Sequence record: CAXNAB020002484.1
Direction: 5' to 3' (one strand)
Length of the DNA: 32,000 nucleotides
Below are positions 21,291 to 32,000 of this stretch, piece by piece (within the stretch, counting starts at the first letter, position 1; the number at the start of each line of letters is the position of its first letter). A model generated the notes under the pieces. The model was not told the origin of the DNA and ran no database searches. It was given only the letters and a program-made list of their open reading frames with translations. The position numbers and the translations under genes were made by a program.

Positions 21291-21363
21291 TATTAATATA
21301 TATATATATCCAAACGATTTCAATATATTAATCTTTACTAGACCTAAATTATAACAATAATAT

Positions 21364-21437
21364 TCGGGACGGCAGGATTTGAACCTGCGACACCCTGCTC
21401 CCAAAGCAGATACGCTACCAAACTGCGCTACGTCCCG
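21364..21437 (-). tRNA. trnP: tRNA-Pro (UGG)
   Basis: The reverse complement CGGGACGTAGCGCAGTTTGGTAGCG...CTTTGGGAG... has anticodon TGG, a perfect T arm GCAGG-TTCAAAT-CCTGC, and acceptor CGGGACG/CGTCCCG. Confidence 0.9.
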
Positions 21438-21510
21438 TAAGTCATTGATATATTTGATAGTATATCAATACTCATTAAATAGTGTCAAAATAAAACTAAT
21501 TAGAAAAAAC

Positions 21511-23043
21511 TTAAGATACGGATTCTTTAGCAGCATACATAATTTCTAAAGTAATAACGTCTACATGTTTTTTTTGAGCAAAATTTTCTGTATTCTTTTT
21601 AATTTTGCTTCTAACAAATCCTGGTATTTTTTTTAATTCATATTCAGCTTCTAAATTCCATTTAATTTCAGATTGTTTATCATTTCCTGATAAAGTAGCA
21701 TTTAAAATCTCTTTTGTATCATGGCCACCAAAAATTTCTAATAAATGATCTTCCATACCTAATGTAAAAGAATTATAAATTAAATCTGCAATCTGATTCG
21801 CTCCTTCATAACCTAAAAAGGGTCTATAGCTTAATGGAAAGTTTTGAATATGAACAGGAGCTGAGATAACACCACATGGAATATTTAAACGTTTAGCTAC
21901 ATGTCTTTCCATTTGAGTACCAAATATTACTGCAGGTTCAACTTTAGCTATTAAATCACCAATTAAATTATGATCATCTGTGATAACAATTTCATCACAT
22001 AAATCACTTATTTCTTTTTCAAACCATGACTTATCATATTTACAATAAGTACCAGCCCAAACAACAGAAATACCCATTTCTCTAGTCAAAATTTTTGTCA
22101 TAGCAGCTGCATGAGTTGAATCACCAAATACTATTGCTTTTTTACCAGTTAAATTTTGGCAATCAATAGATCTAGAAAACCAAGCTGATTGAGAAATAAA
22201 ACGAGTTTGTATATCAATATATTTTTCAAAATTAACATTAGCTTTGTTCTCATTTAAAATATATTGTATTTTTCTGATACATTTAGCAGTTTCAACTATT
22301 CCCATTGGAGTTAAATTAACAAAAGGTATATTGAAATTCTTTTTTAAATATTCTGCCGTTAACAAGCCAATTTCTCTATAAGGAACTAAATTGAACCAAG
22401 CTTTAGGTAAATTCTTCAGTTGTTGTACTGAAGCACCTTCAGGAATAATAATATTAATTTTTATATTTAAATCATACATTAATCTCTTTAATTCAGCTAT
22501 ATCATGTTGATTATGAAAAGCTAAATTAAATGAACCTATAATATTCACTGAAGGTTCTTTTGTCTTAGATAAATCCAACTGATTCATTTTTTGAGCTTTT
22601 TTTATGTAAAATTGTACAATTTGTTCTAAAGTTCTATCAGCAGCTTGCATTTCATTTACTCGATAATGATTAACATCAGCTAATAACACATCTGCCTCTG
22701 TTTCAATAGAAGCTCTATTAACAAAATTTTGAAGGTCTTCTTGTAAAATACTTGAAGTACAAGTAGGAGTTAAGATTACTAAATCAGGTTTTTCTTCTTT
22801 ATCTTTACGGCTTATATTATTAACAACTTTTTCTTGTGATCCTCTAGCTAAAACATGACGATCTACAACACTTGCTGTTACTGGAGTAAAATCACGCTTT
22901 CTTTCTAACATAGATCTCATCACATTAAAGTAATCGTCACCTAATGGGGCATGCATAATAGCATGAACATTTTTAAAGGAACTTGCAATCCTTAGAGTCC
23001 CTATATGAGCGGGCCCTGCGTACATCCAATAAGCTAGTTTCAT
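21511..23043 (-). CDS. chlB: Light-independent protochlorophyllide reductase (DPOR) subunit B
   Basis: [48 protein letters not shown] is the conserved ChlB N-terminus; 510 aa, intact. Confidence 0.96.
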   Translation of the reverse strand: MKLAYWMYAGPAHIGTLRIASSFKNVHAIMHAPLGDDYFNVMRSMLERKRDFTPVTASVVDRHVLARGSQEKVVNNISRKDKEEKPDLVILTPTCTSSILQEDLQNFVNRASIETEADVLLADVNHYRVNEMQAADRTLEQIVQFYIKKAQKMNQLDLSKTKEPSVNIIGSFNLAFHNQHDIAELKRLMYDLNIKINIIIPEGASVQQLKNLPKAWFNLVPYREIGLLTAEYLKKNFNIPFVNLTPMGIVETAKCIRKIQYILNENKANVNFEKYIDIQTRFISQSAWFSRSIDCQNLTGKKAIVFGDSTHAAAMTKILTREMGISVVWAGTYCKYDKSWFEKEISDLCDEIVITDDHNLIGDLIAKVEPAVIFGTQMERHVAKRLNIPCGVISAPVHIQNFPLSYRPFLGYEGANQIADLIYNSFTLGMEDHLLEIFGGHDTKEILNATLSGNDKQSEIKWNLEAEYELKKIPGFVRSKIKKNTENFAQKKHVDVITLEIMYAAKESVS

Positions 23044-23236
23044 AAAAGATTTATTAAATTAATGTAAATTATATGAGAGTATAAAATTGAAATACTCAAT
23101 TTAAGATACAATTATTATAATACATTTTATTAAATTAAAGACATTTCACAATAATTTTAATTAACTAGATTACTCATAAAGTCATTAGTTAAACCCTTTG
23201 AAAGTATATATTTATATTATAATGTATCTATAAGTA

Positions 23237-23317
23237 GGGTCGATGCCCGAGTGGTTAAAGGGGGCGGATTGTAAATCCGCTGGTTTACCTACGTTGGTTC
23301 AAATCCAACTCGGCCTA
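23237..23317 (+). tRNA. trnY: tRNA-Tyr (GUA)
   Basis: GGGTCGATGCCCGAGTGGTTAAAGGGGGCGGATTGTAAATCCGC..., anticodon GTA, variable arm, T arm GTTGG-TTCAAAT-CCAAC. Confidence 0.9.
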
Positions 23318-23356
23318 CTTGCAAATAATATATATATATAGATTATTTATAAAATT

Positions 23357-24031
23357 TTATTGTTTTGGTTTTTTGTTATTTTTCCCTCTATCCCACCAAA
23401 TAAAATCAGGACCATCTCTACCAAGATGTACTTCTATTGCTTCTCGTAAAAATGGATTACTTTCATATTTTCCAAAAAGGGCTCTTAAAAAGCATGGTAT
23501 AAATATAAGTACCCAACCAAGAAATGTTAATAATGCTGCTTCTGATCTATCTGTGCTATCAAAACAAAAAATTTTAGTAAAATTAAGGAATAATTCATGT
23601 ATAATACCTTGAAAAGATATAATTATAATCCCATACATTATATTAAATCTTACTAATCTATCTTTTGGTAATTTATATCTTATAAAAATACCATATCCTA
23701 ACATAAGATAAAGAAACGGCAAAAACGGTATTTGTTGTATAATCTGAAGCGATTCAGCAATATAATTTGGTAAAAAAAGTCGAACAAGATATGGATGTGT
23801 TTCTTCAATTAAGGGTAAATGTGTATTTATAACATCTAAATAAGGTATATAATAAGCGAATATAGATAATAATCGTTGTAAAATAACAGTATTAAATTCA
23901 AAAAACCATTTTCGAGGTTTTTTAATATTAAATTTTTGTTCTAATATAAAACCAAGAGTCAAAAACGAAAAAAAAATGATAATTTCAATCCAATAAACAT
24001 CAAAAAAAAGTTCTTTTATTAGAAATAACAT
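23357..24031 (-). CDS. ycf60: Tic20-like inner-envelope membrane protein (Ycf60 family), divergent
   Basis: About four predicted TM segments. FAYYIPYLDVIN and VRFNIMYGIIIISFQGI resemble the Tic20 Y-x-x-P-x-x-D and RFNAMQA motifs. This is recalled family similarity, not a computed alignment. Confidence 0.6.
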   Translation of the reverse strand: MLFLIKELFFDVYWIEIIIFFSFLTLGFILEQKFNIKKPRKWFFEFNTVILQRLLSIFAYYIPYLDVINTHLPLIEETHPYLVRLFLPNYIAESLQIIQQIPFLPFLYLMLGYGIFIRYKLPKDRLVRFNIMYGIIIISFQGIIHELFLNFTKIFCFDSTDRSEAALLTFLGWVLIFIPCFLRALFGKYESNPFLREAIEVHLGRDGPDFIWWDRGKNNKKPKQ

Positions 24032-24100
24032 ATCTTCTAAAAATAATAATTTAGATAATTATATTAATTATAAATTTAAAAAGCTAAATATTTACAAATA

Positions 24101-25411
24101 TTAATTATGATTAATATCATCTAAAAATGATTGTTTAAATATCACAAATTCAAGATTAAATTTAACTTTTGCACGATTGGTTTTTCCACCTGATATCGCT
24201 TTCTTAGGAAAATACAATAACCAAACTTCTGAAAATGAAATATAACTAATTAAGCTGCTAATAATTAAAAAAAAAAAACCAAAATATATTAATTTAATAC
24301 CTGGATCTGACTTTATTTGTATTCCAGTAGATGAAATTATATCTGTAAATTTTAAATTACTCTCTTTTATATTATCATTACCTAAATTATCACCTATATT
24401 AATATTTTTTATAAACTTGCCTTCACTGTTATATAAAGTAATTTGTCCTCGATTATCTCTAATGAGTATAATAAAACGCTTTAAACTATTGTTGATTCGA
24501 GGAAGTGCACTAATCCAAATTTTTTTATTTGAAGTATTCGTTTTTGAAATTGGTATTTGATAAATTATTAAAGGATTATTTTTGCTATTAGATTTTAGGC
24601 GTAATCCTAATATTCCCCAATCCGTTTGATAGATTATTAAATCTTTTAAAAGTAAAGGATTATTTACAGAAATAGTTTTTCTTTGAGTTTCTAGACCTTG
24701 ACCATTTAATAATGAAATATCTGTATAAAACTGTTTAATAAAACCATTTGAAGTATAAACTGACCAAAAATCATTTATACGAAAAGTTTTTTGAGGAATT
24801 GAAGAAAAGATACCATTTCTTATAATATTTTGTATGTGAAAAACTTCAGTTTTTGGTATTATCTCTTGAGAATTAAAACCATTTAAAGATCCTAATGTAC
24901 TTCCTAATAAAATACAAATAATACTTATATGGACAATAATCGGACCAATTCTACTAATTAATCCTTTATAAGCATAAAAACTATTTGATTGTTGAAAAAG
25001 TGAATATTGCTTATTAATTAAATTATAACTCAGGTGTGTTGGAAATACCTTGCTACTTTTTATTGTAAAAGTCAATTTATTATATTGGTTTATTTGTTTA
25101 TAAAAATAATATCGGCGTGAGAACTTTAAAGTTGGTAATTGCTGTAAAATGGTGCAACAAGCTAATGAAACACCAAATAGCATAAGTAATATTAAAAACC
25201 ACCAAGTATTATAAATATTATTAAAACCTAAAAAAATAATAATTTTCCAAGAAGGTATGCTAAAAATTGGTGTTAAATAGGTATTTTGATAGAATTGAAT
25301 TTCTTTATTTTGTTCAATAAATGAACCAATACTAATAACTATGGCAATTAATAATAATATTAGTATTGCTAATTTTAAATTAGCCAAATATTTAAAAATA
25401 CGTTTAATCAT
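24101..25411 (-). CDS. ccs1: Cytochrome c biogenesis protein Ccs1 (ResB-like, Ycf44)
   Basis: N-terminal LANLKLAILILLLIAIVISIGSFIEQ and WWF motifs, a central soluble domain, and a C-terminal TM with IQIKSDPG; 436 aa. Confidence 0.88.
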   Translation of the reverse strand: MIKRIFKYLANLKLAILILLLIAIVISIGSFIEQNKEIQFYQNTYLTPIFSIPSWKIIIFLGFNNIYNTWWFLILLMLFGVSLACCTILQQLPTLKFSRRYYFYKQINQYNKLTFTIKSSKVFPTHLSYNLINKQYSLFQQSNSFYAYKGLISRIGPIIVHISIICILLGSTLGSLNGFNSQEIIPKTEVFHIQNIIRNGIFSSIPQKTFRINDFWSVYTSNGFIKQFYTDISLLNGQGLETQRKTISVNNPLLLKDLIIYQTDWGILGLRLKSNSKNNPLIIYQIPISKTNTSNKKIWISALPRINNSLKRFIILIRDNRGQITLYNSEGKFIKNINIGDNLGNDNIKESNLKFTDIISSTGIQIKSDPGIKLIYFGFFFLIISSLISYISFSEVWLLYFPKKAISGGKTNRAKVKFNLEFVIFKQSFLDDINHN

Positions 25412-25445
25412 AAAGTTAAATACTAGTAAAATGTTATTTAAAAAT

Positions 25446-26921
25446 TTAAGCTACACGAATTCTTCCTGAAGAAGCCCAATTTTGTATCATCTGGGTACGT
25501 AAAGGATCCATTTCAAGAATTGGGATTGTTTCTTTAATAGCAACTAAAATATCATTAGTTGTAAACTCCCGATGTTCACTAAACGCTACATACATAGCGT
25601 CAATGATTGTTTGTTCAATTTCAGCTCCAGAAAATTTACGAGCTTTTTTACTAAGTGTTTTAATATCATATTTATGCCAAGTATCTGGGCGAAAACGTTT
25701 TAAATGTATTTCGTAAATCATTTTTCTTTCGTCTATTGTTGGGATTCCTAAAAAAAATATTTCATCGAACCGCCCTTTCCTTAATATTTCAAGAGGTAAA
25801 GAATAAATGTCATTAGCAGTCGCAATTACAAAAACAGAAAGAGTTTTTTCACCTAACCACGTAAGAAAAGTAGCTAAAACTCTATTTGTTGTACCATTAT
25901 CTGAATTTTGTTCTGAATCGCTAAAAGCCTTATCAATCTCATCTACCCATAAAACACATGGTGCTAAAGATTCTGTAATACTAATCATTTCACGGACTCT
26001 ATATTCAGATTCTCCAACAATTCCTCCAAACAATCTACCCACATCTAAACGTAGAAGTGGTAATTTCCATTCATAAGCAATCGCTTTAGAAATTAAGCTT
26101 TTTCCGCTACCCTGCATTCCAATTAATAATAGTCCTTTTGGTGTAACTAAGCCATAATTAATAGCTTCTTCAGAAAAGATATCAGTTCTAGCATTTAACC
26201 ATTGCTTTAAATTATAAGCCCCACCAACATCTTTCAATGTTGAACGAACTGACCAAAATTCTAAGAGATTAGTTTGACTAATAACCTGTCGTTTTTCTTC
26301 TAAAATTAATGGGATAGAATTTTGATCTATTTGTTTATAAATTACAACAGCCTTACCTAGAACTCTTCGAATTTTTTCTAAGGATAAACCTTGACAAGCT
26401 TGAATAACTTTTTCAAAAATACCTTGAGATAGTTGACCTTGAATAGTTAAGTTCTTAGTAAGCCGTATTAATTCTTTTTTTATTTCTTTAGACGTGGGTA
26501 AATTAAATTTTATAATTGTAATATGATCTTTAAGATCATTCGGAATTTGAATTTCAGAATCAACAATAATAATCGTTTTTTGCTGTATTTTTAATATTTG
26601 GAGTAAATTTCTTAATTTTCTTGAAATTGTTAAGTCTTTTAGGAACCTTTTAAAATCTTTTAAAATAAAAATACTTGGAGTATTAGAATTTACTTTATTA
26701 ATAAATTCGAGAGCTTCTAATGGATTTCTTGCACCGAATTCTTTTTTTATCGGATTCATTTTATAACCATCAATAAAATCCCAAATATATATGTTACTAT
26801 AACTTTGGTTAAGAATAATATTTCGAACAGTATATTCCAATCGATCCTCTTCAATAGTTAGTACATAAATAATAGGGTAACGGGCTTTTAATAAAACTAA
26901 AAATTCTTCTTGAAAAGTCAT
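25446..26921 (-). CDS. ycf46: AAA+ ATPase Ycf46
   Basis: Walker A GMQGSGKS, Walker B LWVDEIDK, second region of homology with RKGRFDEIFF, and an N-terminal YPIIYVLTIEEDR block characteristic of Ycf46. Confidence 0.88.
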   Translation of the reverse strand: MTFQEEFLVLLKARYPIIYVLTIEEDRLEYTVRNIILNQSYSNIYIWDFIDGYKMNPIKKEFGARNPLEALEFINKVNSNTPSIFILKDFKRFLKDLTISRKLRNLLQILKIQQKTIIIVDSEIQIPNDLKDHITIIKFNLPTSKEIKKELIRLTKNLTIQGQLSQGIFEKVIQACQGLSLEKIRRVLGKAVVIYKQIDQNSIPLILEEKRQVISQTNLLEFWSVRSTLKDVGGAYNLKQWLNARTDIFSEEAINYGLVTPKGLLLIGMQGSGKSLISKAIAYEWKLPLLRLDVGRLFGGIVGESEYRVREMISITESLAPCVLWVDEIDKAFSDSEQNSDNGTTNRVLATFLTWLGEKTLSVFVIATANDIYSLPLEILRKGRFDEIFFLGIPTIDERKMIYEIHLKRFRPDTWHKYDIKTLSKKARKFSGAEIEQTIIDAMYVAFSEHREFTTNDILVAIKETIPILEMDPLRTQMIQNWASSGRIRVA

Positions 26922-26994
26922 GAGAAAATACTTTTTCTTATATAAATTAATTTATAAATTCATATTAACGTTATTTGTTATTTTTTAAAATATA

Positions 26995-27147
26995 TTATTT
27001 ATCATTAATACCAATGCTTAATTTTTTTCGTTTTTTTCGGCGACGATTATTTATAACTTGCGAACCTTGTTTATTTTTCATACGAGCACGAAATCCTGAA
27101 ACAGCAATAACTTTTTTTTTTGTTCCATTTAAGGTTCTTTTTGTCAT
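26995..27147 (-). CDS. rpl34: Ribosomal protein L34 (start trimmed to the internal ATG)
   Basis: [23 protein letters not shown]...[10 protein letters not shown] is the L34 signature (50 aa). The 24 upstream residues of the track ORF are not L34-like. Confidence 0.88.
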   Translation of the reverse strand: MTKRTLNGTKKKVIAVSGFRARMKNKQGSQVINNRRRKKRKKLSIGINDK

Positions 27148-27211
27148 ATTTTTTATTACTTTAATATAAGAAATTATAATAGCATAAATACAGAAATTTG
27201 TATATAAATTT

Positions 27212-29854
27212 TTAATCACTATTATTAATTATAATATTAGAAATAAAAATTTCAAATATTATCGAATCTCTACAATCTTTTAAAGTAAAATTTAAAAGAT
27301 TCGTTGCGCGTTCATCATACTGAAGGAAAGGATCTTTTTGCGCATAAGCTTCCCAACTTATAGCATCAAGTAAAAAATTCATGTTTTCTAAATGTTTATA
27401 CCAATAAAAATCAATATATTTTAAAAATATAAGTTGATTATATTTATCCAGTACTCGGGAATCAGTAGAACAACAATAATGAAATTCTTTACAAATATAA
27501 CTTGCCCATAATTGTTCATAAAGAAATTTTTTTAATTCTGATAGTTTATCGATATTATTATAGATTATAGTATTAGAAATAGATAAACGATTTAATAAGC
27601 TAATAATCCTTGTTGTTAAAATAATATCTTTTCCCTCTCTATTTTGAGAATCTAAATAGTAAATAAAATCATCAACAAAACCTTCACTAAATTCCATAAC
27701 TAAATCACGAATAACAGTGGTTGAAAGTACTTTTTCTCGTAAATAATAAATAACCTTTCTTTGTTTATCTAAAACTTGATCATATTTATTTAACGTTTTA
27801 CGTTGGTCATAATAAAACCCTTCAATTTTCTGCTGGGCAGAATCTAAAGAATTAGATAAAAATTTAGAATCTAGAATTTCATTATCAATTTTTAATTTCT
27901 GCATTGTCTCTTGAATTTTATTTCCCCCAAAAATTCTAATCAAAGGATCATTTAAACTTAGAAAAAATCTTGAACTTCCAGGATTACCTTGCCTTCCAGA
28001 ACGTCCTCGTAATTGATTGTCAATTCTACGAGATTCATGTCGTTCGGTACCTATTACATATAGACCACCTAATGATTTTACCATCTCTGACTCTTGTTTT
28101 TGTCTTTGTTTATATTTAATTAATAATTCCTCATATAAATTATTAATTAAACTTTCTAAAAGATTAAATCTTTTATTAGAAATCTCAAAAATAGTTAAAA
28201 GAGTATCCAAATTATTTTGCAAATATGTAATTAGTTTTGGATTCTTTTTTAAAGCTAGTTTTAAACTAATTAAATTAATACCAGAAATAAAGAAATTATC
28301 TTTTTCAATTAGTTTTTTTAATATAAAACGAGTACATTCAATTGCTTTATATTCAGGATTTCCGCCTAATAAAATATCAGTTCCCCTACCTGCCATATTT
28401 GTTGCAATTGTAATAGAGTTTAGACAACCTGCTTGGGCAACAATCTTTGCTTCTTTTTGTATATTTTCCGGTTTAGCGTTTAATAATTGATGCGGTATAT
28501 TATAGGTTTGTAGTAATTGCGAAAGTACTTCTGAGTTTTGAATTGTTGTTGTACCAACCAAAACTGGTTGTCCAATAGAATACATTTTTAAACATTCTTG
28601 TGCTATCGCTCGCCATTTACTTATTTCGTCAATAAAAATAAAGTCTGATTTATCATGACGTTTCATTTTTTTATATGTAGGTAAAACAGAAACAGATAAA
28701 TTATAAATATTTTCAAATTCTAATTCTTCTGTTTTTGCAGTCCCTGTCATACCAGAAATTTTTGGATATAGTCTAAAAAAATTTTGATAGGTTATGGAAG
28801 CTAAAGTTTCACTTCCTTTTAACATTTGAATATTTTCTTTTGCTTCAATAGCCTGATGTAAACCATCTCCCCATTTTCTACCCTCCATTACTCTACCTGT
28901 AAACTCATCAATAATAACTATTTGATCATTTTTTAATATATAGTGAATATCGTGAAAAAAAAGATATCTAGCTTTTAATGAATTTAAAATATAAGGGATC
29001 CAAGGATCCTGAATACTATATATATTATCAACGTTTAATAATATTTTTGTACGAGTTAAACCTTTTTCGGTTAAGCTTACTTTTTTTGCCTTCTCATCAA
29101 TTTCAAAGTGTATTTTGTTTTCTAAATATTTTGAAACTTCATTAGCCTTAAAATATTTCTCTGTCATTAAATTAGATTCACGTGATATTATTAAAGGTGT
29201 TCGAGCTTCATCAATCAAAATAGAATCAACTTCATCGATAATACAAAAATTAAATGGTCTTTGTACCAAATCTTTTTTATCTAAGACCATATTATCTTTT
29301 AAAAAATCAAAGACTAAATCTACATTTGTTACATATGTTATATCACGCAAATAATTTGTTCTACGTTCTAAAATTGACATTTCACCTTGTATTAAACCAA
29401 CTTTTAAACCTAGTAATCTGTGTATTTGACCCATCCATTCTGCATCTCGTTTAGCTAAATAATCATTTATTGTAACTATATGTACGCCATTTCCAGATAA
29501 GGAATTAACGACAGCAGGAGAGGTTGACACTAAAGTTTTACCTTCTCCTGTTTTCATTTCAGCAATCTGTCCATCATTTAAGACTAATCCTCCCAAAATT
29601 TGAACATCATAATGTCTTAAATTAATTGTTCTTTTAGAAGCTTCACGTGTTAAAGCGAAAGCTTCAGATAAAGTCTTTATATCTATATAATTATTATAAT
29701 TATTCTTGCATGTAAAATATTTTAATTTTGTTGTTTTACTTTTTAATTCACTGTCACTTATTTCTAAGAGATCTTTTTCAATTTCATTAATATAATTTAA
29801 AGTAGTTTGATACTTATTCCAAACGTTCTGTATTTGTGAAAATAATTTTATCAT
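27212..29854 (-). CDS. secA: Preprotein translocase ATPase SecA
   Basis: [10 protein letters not shown] (Walker A), [21 protein letters not shown] (DEAD-like), [10 protein letters not shown] and [17 protein letters not shown] motifs; 880 aa. Confidence 0.96.
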   Translation of the reverse strand: MIKLFSQIQNVWNKYQTTLNYINEIEKDLLEISDSELKSKTTKLKYFTCKNNYNNYIDIKTLSEAFALTREASKRTINLRHYDVQILGGLVLNDGQIAEMKTGEGKTLVSTSPAVVNSLSGNGVHIVTINDYLAKRDAEWMGQIHRLLGLKVGLIQGEMSILERRTNYLRDITYVTNVDLVFDFLKDNMVLDKKDLVQRPFNFCIIDEVDSILIDEARTPLIISRESNLMTEKYFKANEVSKYLENKIHFEIDEKAKKVSLTEKGLTRTKILLNVDNIYSIQDPWIPYILNSLKARYLFFHDIHYILKNDQIVIIDEFTGRVMEGRKWGDGLHQAIEAKENIQMLKGSETLASITYQNFFRLYPKISGMTGTAKTEELEFENIYNLSVSVLPTYKKMKRHDKSDFIFIDEISKWRAIAQECLKMYSIGQPVLVGTTTIQNSEVLSQLLQTYNIPHQLLNAKPENIQKEAKIVAQAGCLNSITIATNMAGRGTDILLGGNPEYKAIECTRFILKKLIEKDNFFISGINLISLKLALKKNPKLITYLQNNLDTLLTIFEISNKRFNLLESLINNLYEELLIKYKQRQKQESEMVKSLGGLYVIGTERHESRRIDNQLRGRSGRQGNPGSSRFFLSLNDPLIRIFGGNKIQETMQKLKIDNEILDSKFLSNSLDSAQQKIEGFYYDQRKTLNKYDQVLDKQRKVIYYLREKVLSTTVIRDLVMEFSEGFVDDFIYYLDSQNREGKDIILTTRIISLLNRLSISNTIIYNNIDKLSELKKFLYEQLWASYICKEFHYCCSTDSRVLDKYNQLIFLKYIDFYWYKHLENMNFLLDAISWEAYAQKDPFLQYDERATNLLNFTLKDCRDSIIFEIFISNIIINNSD

Positions 29855-29912
29855 TTATAGAGATTTATAAGTTATAAAAAAAGTTCTTAAAATAATTAAA
29901 TAAGTATAATAA

Positions 29913-29942
29913 TTAGAAATTAATTATAGACTTAATTTCTAA
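29913..29942 (-). terminator. 11-bp stem (8-nt loop), 8 nt downstream of the ycf54 stop
   Basis: ttagaaattaa (29913..29923) is the reverse complement of ttaatttctaa (29932..29942). It is short and AT-only, so chance cannot be excluded. Confidence 0.4.
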
Positions 29943-29950
29943 CTATACGA

Positions 29951-30319
29951 TCATAAGATTGTAGACACAAGACTATTATAAGCCAGTGGATTTGGTATAT
30001 CATCTGTAGGGGCAATAAAACTTCCCATTATTACATTATTAAATCTTAATTTTGACCAAATAATAAAATCTTCATCTAGCGAAACAATTGCTGAACACAT
30101 TTCTTTTGATAAATTTACATCTAATAATTTATTTCGTATATCACTTAATTGCCTTGATTCTAAAAAATCAGGTGAAGATAAAAACCAAAAGTCAGTAGAT
30201 TTTTTTTCTCTTCGGTAATGTTGTGTTCTTTCACGAAAAACTTCCTCAACTGGCTCGTAACGTAAAAAAAATTCAGTACTTGCTATAGTAAAATAATAAG
30301 TTGTTAAATGTTTTTGCAT
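29951..30319 (-). CDS. ycf54: Ycf54 (LCAA), auxiliary factor of the aerobic Mg-protoporphyrin cyclase
   Basis: TTYYFTIASTEFFLRYEPVEEVFRERTQHYRREKKSTDFWFL ... IVSLDEDFIIWSKLRF ... PTDDIPNPLA parallels the cyanobacterial Ycf54 sequence as I recall it. It ends in TGA. Confidence 0.82.
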   Translation of the reverse strand: MQKHLTTYYFTIASTEFFLRYEPVEEVFRERTQHYRREKKSTDFWFLSSPDFLESRQLSDIRNKLLDVNLSKEMCSAIVSLDEDFIIWSKLRFNNVIMGSFIAPTDDIPNPLAYNSLVSTIL

Positions 30320-30535
30320 TTTTTTTAATTAATCTTTATTTTATTTATTTTTAAAAATTAAAAATAATTTTTTATTGTTTTTTTAATAGATTTACTTCTC
30401 ATTCTCAAGAATTTACAAAATTCAATTTAAGTATTTTACGCTTATATTTATATATAATTATACATGGTAATATATGATTAACATTTTGCCTGTTAAAAAA
30501 AAAATTACTAAACTACTTCTAAAAATAACGTTTCA

Positions 30536-31363
30536 CTATCTTTTCAAAAAATTTGAACCTTCTAGAGGTGAACTTGATTGAGCAAATTTATTAGGTACCA
30601 TTTGACCTGCTAAATAAGCTTGTCTTCCTGCTTGAACAGCCAGATTCATAGCTGTTGCCATTTCTATAGAATTTTTTGCCTGTGCAATTGCACTATTAAT
30701 TAAAACAGCTTCAGCACCAAGTTCCATTGCATATGTAGCTTCACTTGGTGAACCGATTCCTGCATCAACTATGACAGGTATTTTAGAATTTTCAATAATA
30801 ATTTGAATATTATAAACATTTTGAATTCCTTGTCCAGAACCAATCGGTGAACCTAAAGGCATAATTGTCGAACAACCAATATCTTCTAAATGTTTTGCTA
30901 ATATAGGATCTGTATTAGTATATGGTAATACAACAAAACCTTTTTTTACTAAAAATTCAGCGGCTTTTAATGTTCCAATTGGATCAGGAAATAAATATTT
31001 AGGATCAGAAATAACTTCTAATTTAATAAAATTATTATCTTGTTGGCCAATCCTTTTTGATAACTCACGTCCCAAAAAAGCTAACCTTATGGCTTCCTCT
31101 GTTGTTTTTGCACCCGCAGTATTTGGTAATAACCATAACTTTTTCCAATTAATAGCAGTTATTAAATTATTATTATTAAAAATATTAGAAGAATTTAGAC
31201 GTCTTATAGCAACAGTAACTATTTCTGTCTTACTTTTTTCTAAGCAATTCACCATATCTTTTACAGTTTTATATTTACCAGTACCAACAATAAGACGAGA
31301 ATTAAAACTTTTATTTCCAATAATTAATGGGTCTTGTTTTAACATAACAATAAAAGTTTTCAT
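30536..31363 (-). CDS. thiG: Thiazole synthase ThiG
   Basis: [49 protein letters not shown] and [11 protein letters not shown] motifs; 275 aa. Confidence 0.95.
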   Translation of the reverse strand: MKTFIVMLKQDPLIIGNKSFNSRLIVGTGKYKTVKDMVNCLEKSKTEIVTVAIRRLNSSNIFNNNNLITAINWKKLWLLPNTAGAKTTEEAIRLAFLGRELSKRIGQQDNNFIKLEVISDPKYLFPDPIGTLKAAEFLVKKGFVVLPYTNTDPILAKHLEDIGCSTIMPLGSPIGSGQGIQNVYNIQIIIENSKIPVIVDAGIGSPSEATYAMELGAEAVLINSAIAQAKNSIEMATAMNLAVQAGRQAYLAGQMVPNKFAQSSSPLEGSNFLKR

Positions 31364-31476
31364 TATTTTGATAAATAAAACCAGTGTAATCCAATTTTAT
31401 TTACTTGATTATTATACAACATCTTATTTGAGAAATAATAAATAAAAAAACTAATAAAATATAATAGTAACTTGAA

Positions 31477-31548
31477 AGCGAGTGACGCGATTCGAACGCG
31501 CGACATCAACCTTGGCAAGGTTACGCTCTACCACTGAGCTACACTCGC
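31477..31548 (-). tRNA. trnG: tRNA-Gly (GCC)
   Basis: The reverse complement GCGAGTGTAGCTCAGTGGTAGAGCGTAACCTTGCCAAGGTTGATGTCGCGCGTTCGAATCGCGTCACTCGCT has anticodon GCC and acceptor GCGAGTG/CACTCGC. Confidence 0.9.
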
Positions 31549-31576
31549 ATATTTATTACCCAATGAATTCTATCAT

Positions 31577-31640
31577 AAAATACTAAAAATATTGCCTTAA
31601 TAGATATACGTAAATATTAAGACAATATTTTTGGTATTTT
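31577..31640 (-). terminator. 24-position stem (22 Watson-Crick pairs, 16-nt loop) starting at the psbI stop codon
   Basis: 31577..31600 pairs with 31617..31640; the exceptions are 31584/31633 and 31595/31622. The psbI stop is 31639..31641. Confidence 0.65.
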
Positions 31641-31764
31641 ATTCAAAATCTTTTCTATTTGGATTTCTTGATGGATCATTAGATAAAAACCCAAATATAA
31701 AAAGTGAACTAAAACCTGTTACAATAGCATAAACAAATAATTTTAAAAAATATAGACTTAGCAT
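31639..31764 (-). CDS. psbI: Photosystem II reaction-centre protein I (not on the ORF track; found by hand translation)
   Basis: Translation gives [41 protein letters not shown] (41 aa). [15 protein letters not shown] is the invariant PsbI core. GGAG lies 7 nt upstream. Confidence 0.9.
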   Translation of the reverse strand: MLSLYFLKLFVYAIVTGFSSLFIFGFLSNDPSRNPNRKDFE

Positions 31765-31771
31765 AAAAAAT

Positions 31772-31775
31772 CTCC
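31772..31775 (-). promoter_or_regulatory. Shine-Dalgarno-like GGAG upstream of psbI
   Basis: Plus strand ctcc at 31772..31775 is GGAG on the minus strand, 7 nt before ATG 31764..31762. Confidence 0.45.
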
Positions 31776-31868
31776 GATAAAGTTATTTACTAATAATTAT
31801 ATATCAATTAAAAAAGATTTATCAAATTCAATTATATTTCTTTTCTAATTTTCTAAAGCTATCTCAAG

Positions 31869-32000
31869 TTATTGATCATCATCCGTAAAATCTGTATCAA
31901 TTACTGTACCATCATCATTTGTTTTTGATTGTTCTGTAGAGTCCGAACTCGTTGAGTTAGATATTTCTTCTCCAATTATTTGTGCTAATTTTTGTAATTC
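31869..32000 (-). CDS. dnaK: Probable Hsp70 chaperone DnaK, extreme C-terminus (43 codons plus stop); gene continues beyond the window end
   Basis: An open frame to the window edge translates to ELQKLAQIIGEEISNSTSSDSTEQSKTNDDGTVIDTDFTDDDQ*. The acidic tail with V-I-D-x-D-F resembles plastid/bacterial DnaK C-termini. The fragment is short, so confidence is moderate. Confidence 0.55.
   Translation of the reverse strand, partial: ELQKLAQIIGEEISNSTSSDSTEQSKTNDDGTVIDTDFTDDDQ

Noticed and set aside
21296-21309. Short (AT)n microsatellites here and at 23328..23340
   Set aside because: They are only 13 to 14 nt, lie in AT-rich spacers next to tRNA genes, and have no higher-order structure. At most they are useful as polymorphic markers.
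21438-21510. 9-bp inverted repeat (attgatata / tatatcaat) downstream of chlB, and similar 6 to 8 bp AT palindromes after secA, rpl34 and ccs1
   Set aside because: They are too short and AT-only to distinguish from chance in this composition, so they are not counted among the stop-codon hairpins.
24267-24278. A12 homopolymer (U12 in the mRNA) inside ccs1
   Set aside because: The reading frame is intact through it (GFFFLII), so there is no evidence of a frameshift or pseudogene. It is only a slippage-prone tract typical of very AT-rich plastids.
30320-30535. 216-bp spacer downstream of thiG, checked for a missing thiS or another small gene
   Set aside because: Hand translation of the minus strand gives only very short ORFs (for example MYNYI*, MRSKSIKKTIKNYF*), none ending in Gly-Gly. 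It most likely holds the ycf54 promoter and 5' UTR. I could not identify a convincing -35/-10 pair.

Overview
This window is an AT-rich plastid (chloroplast) genome fragment of the red-algal type, either rhodophyte or rhodophyte-derived. Evidence for that: a form-ID rbcL N-terminus, the cyanobacterial-order atpI-H-G-F-D-A cluster, rpoB-C1-C2-rps2-tsf, and retained secA, dnaK, ilvH, thiG, chlB, acsF and several ycf genes. A group I intron in trnL(UAA) hints at an ochrophyte-like lineage, but I cannot assign the species from sequence alone.

I can support 28 protein genes (rbcL and dnaK truncated by the window edges), 8 tRNAs and the one intron. psbI and the dnaK 3' end are absent from the ORF track and were found by hand translation. 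Twenty-seven of the 28 protein genes lie on the minus strand with short spacers. The code is standard (code 11), and TGA is used as a stop in ycf54.

I see no mobile elements, CRISPR arrays, defence or toxin loci, foreign insertions or unexplained long ORFs. All long antisense ORFs are shadows of conserved genes. I did not find a convincing undescribed system; this is conserved core plastid DNA.

The most interesting things I can actually see are:
- A recurring set of long stem-loops whose arm overlaps or abuts the stop codon of the upstream gene (ilvH, rpl20, atpA, atpH, rpoC2, psbI).
- acsF directly followed by a 2-Cys peroxiredoxin, with ycf54 and chlB also in the window.
- A compact 219-nt trnL group I intron.
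- A 77-nt near-perfect AT palindrome in the rbcL/trnC divergent spacer.
- Two tRNAs with a purine-purine mismatch at T-stem pair 51:63.
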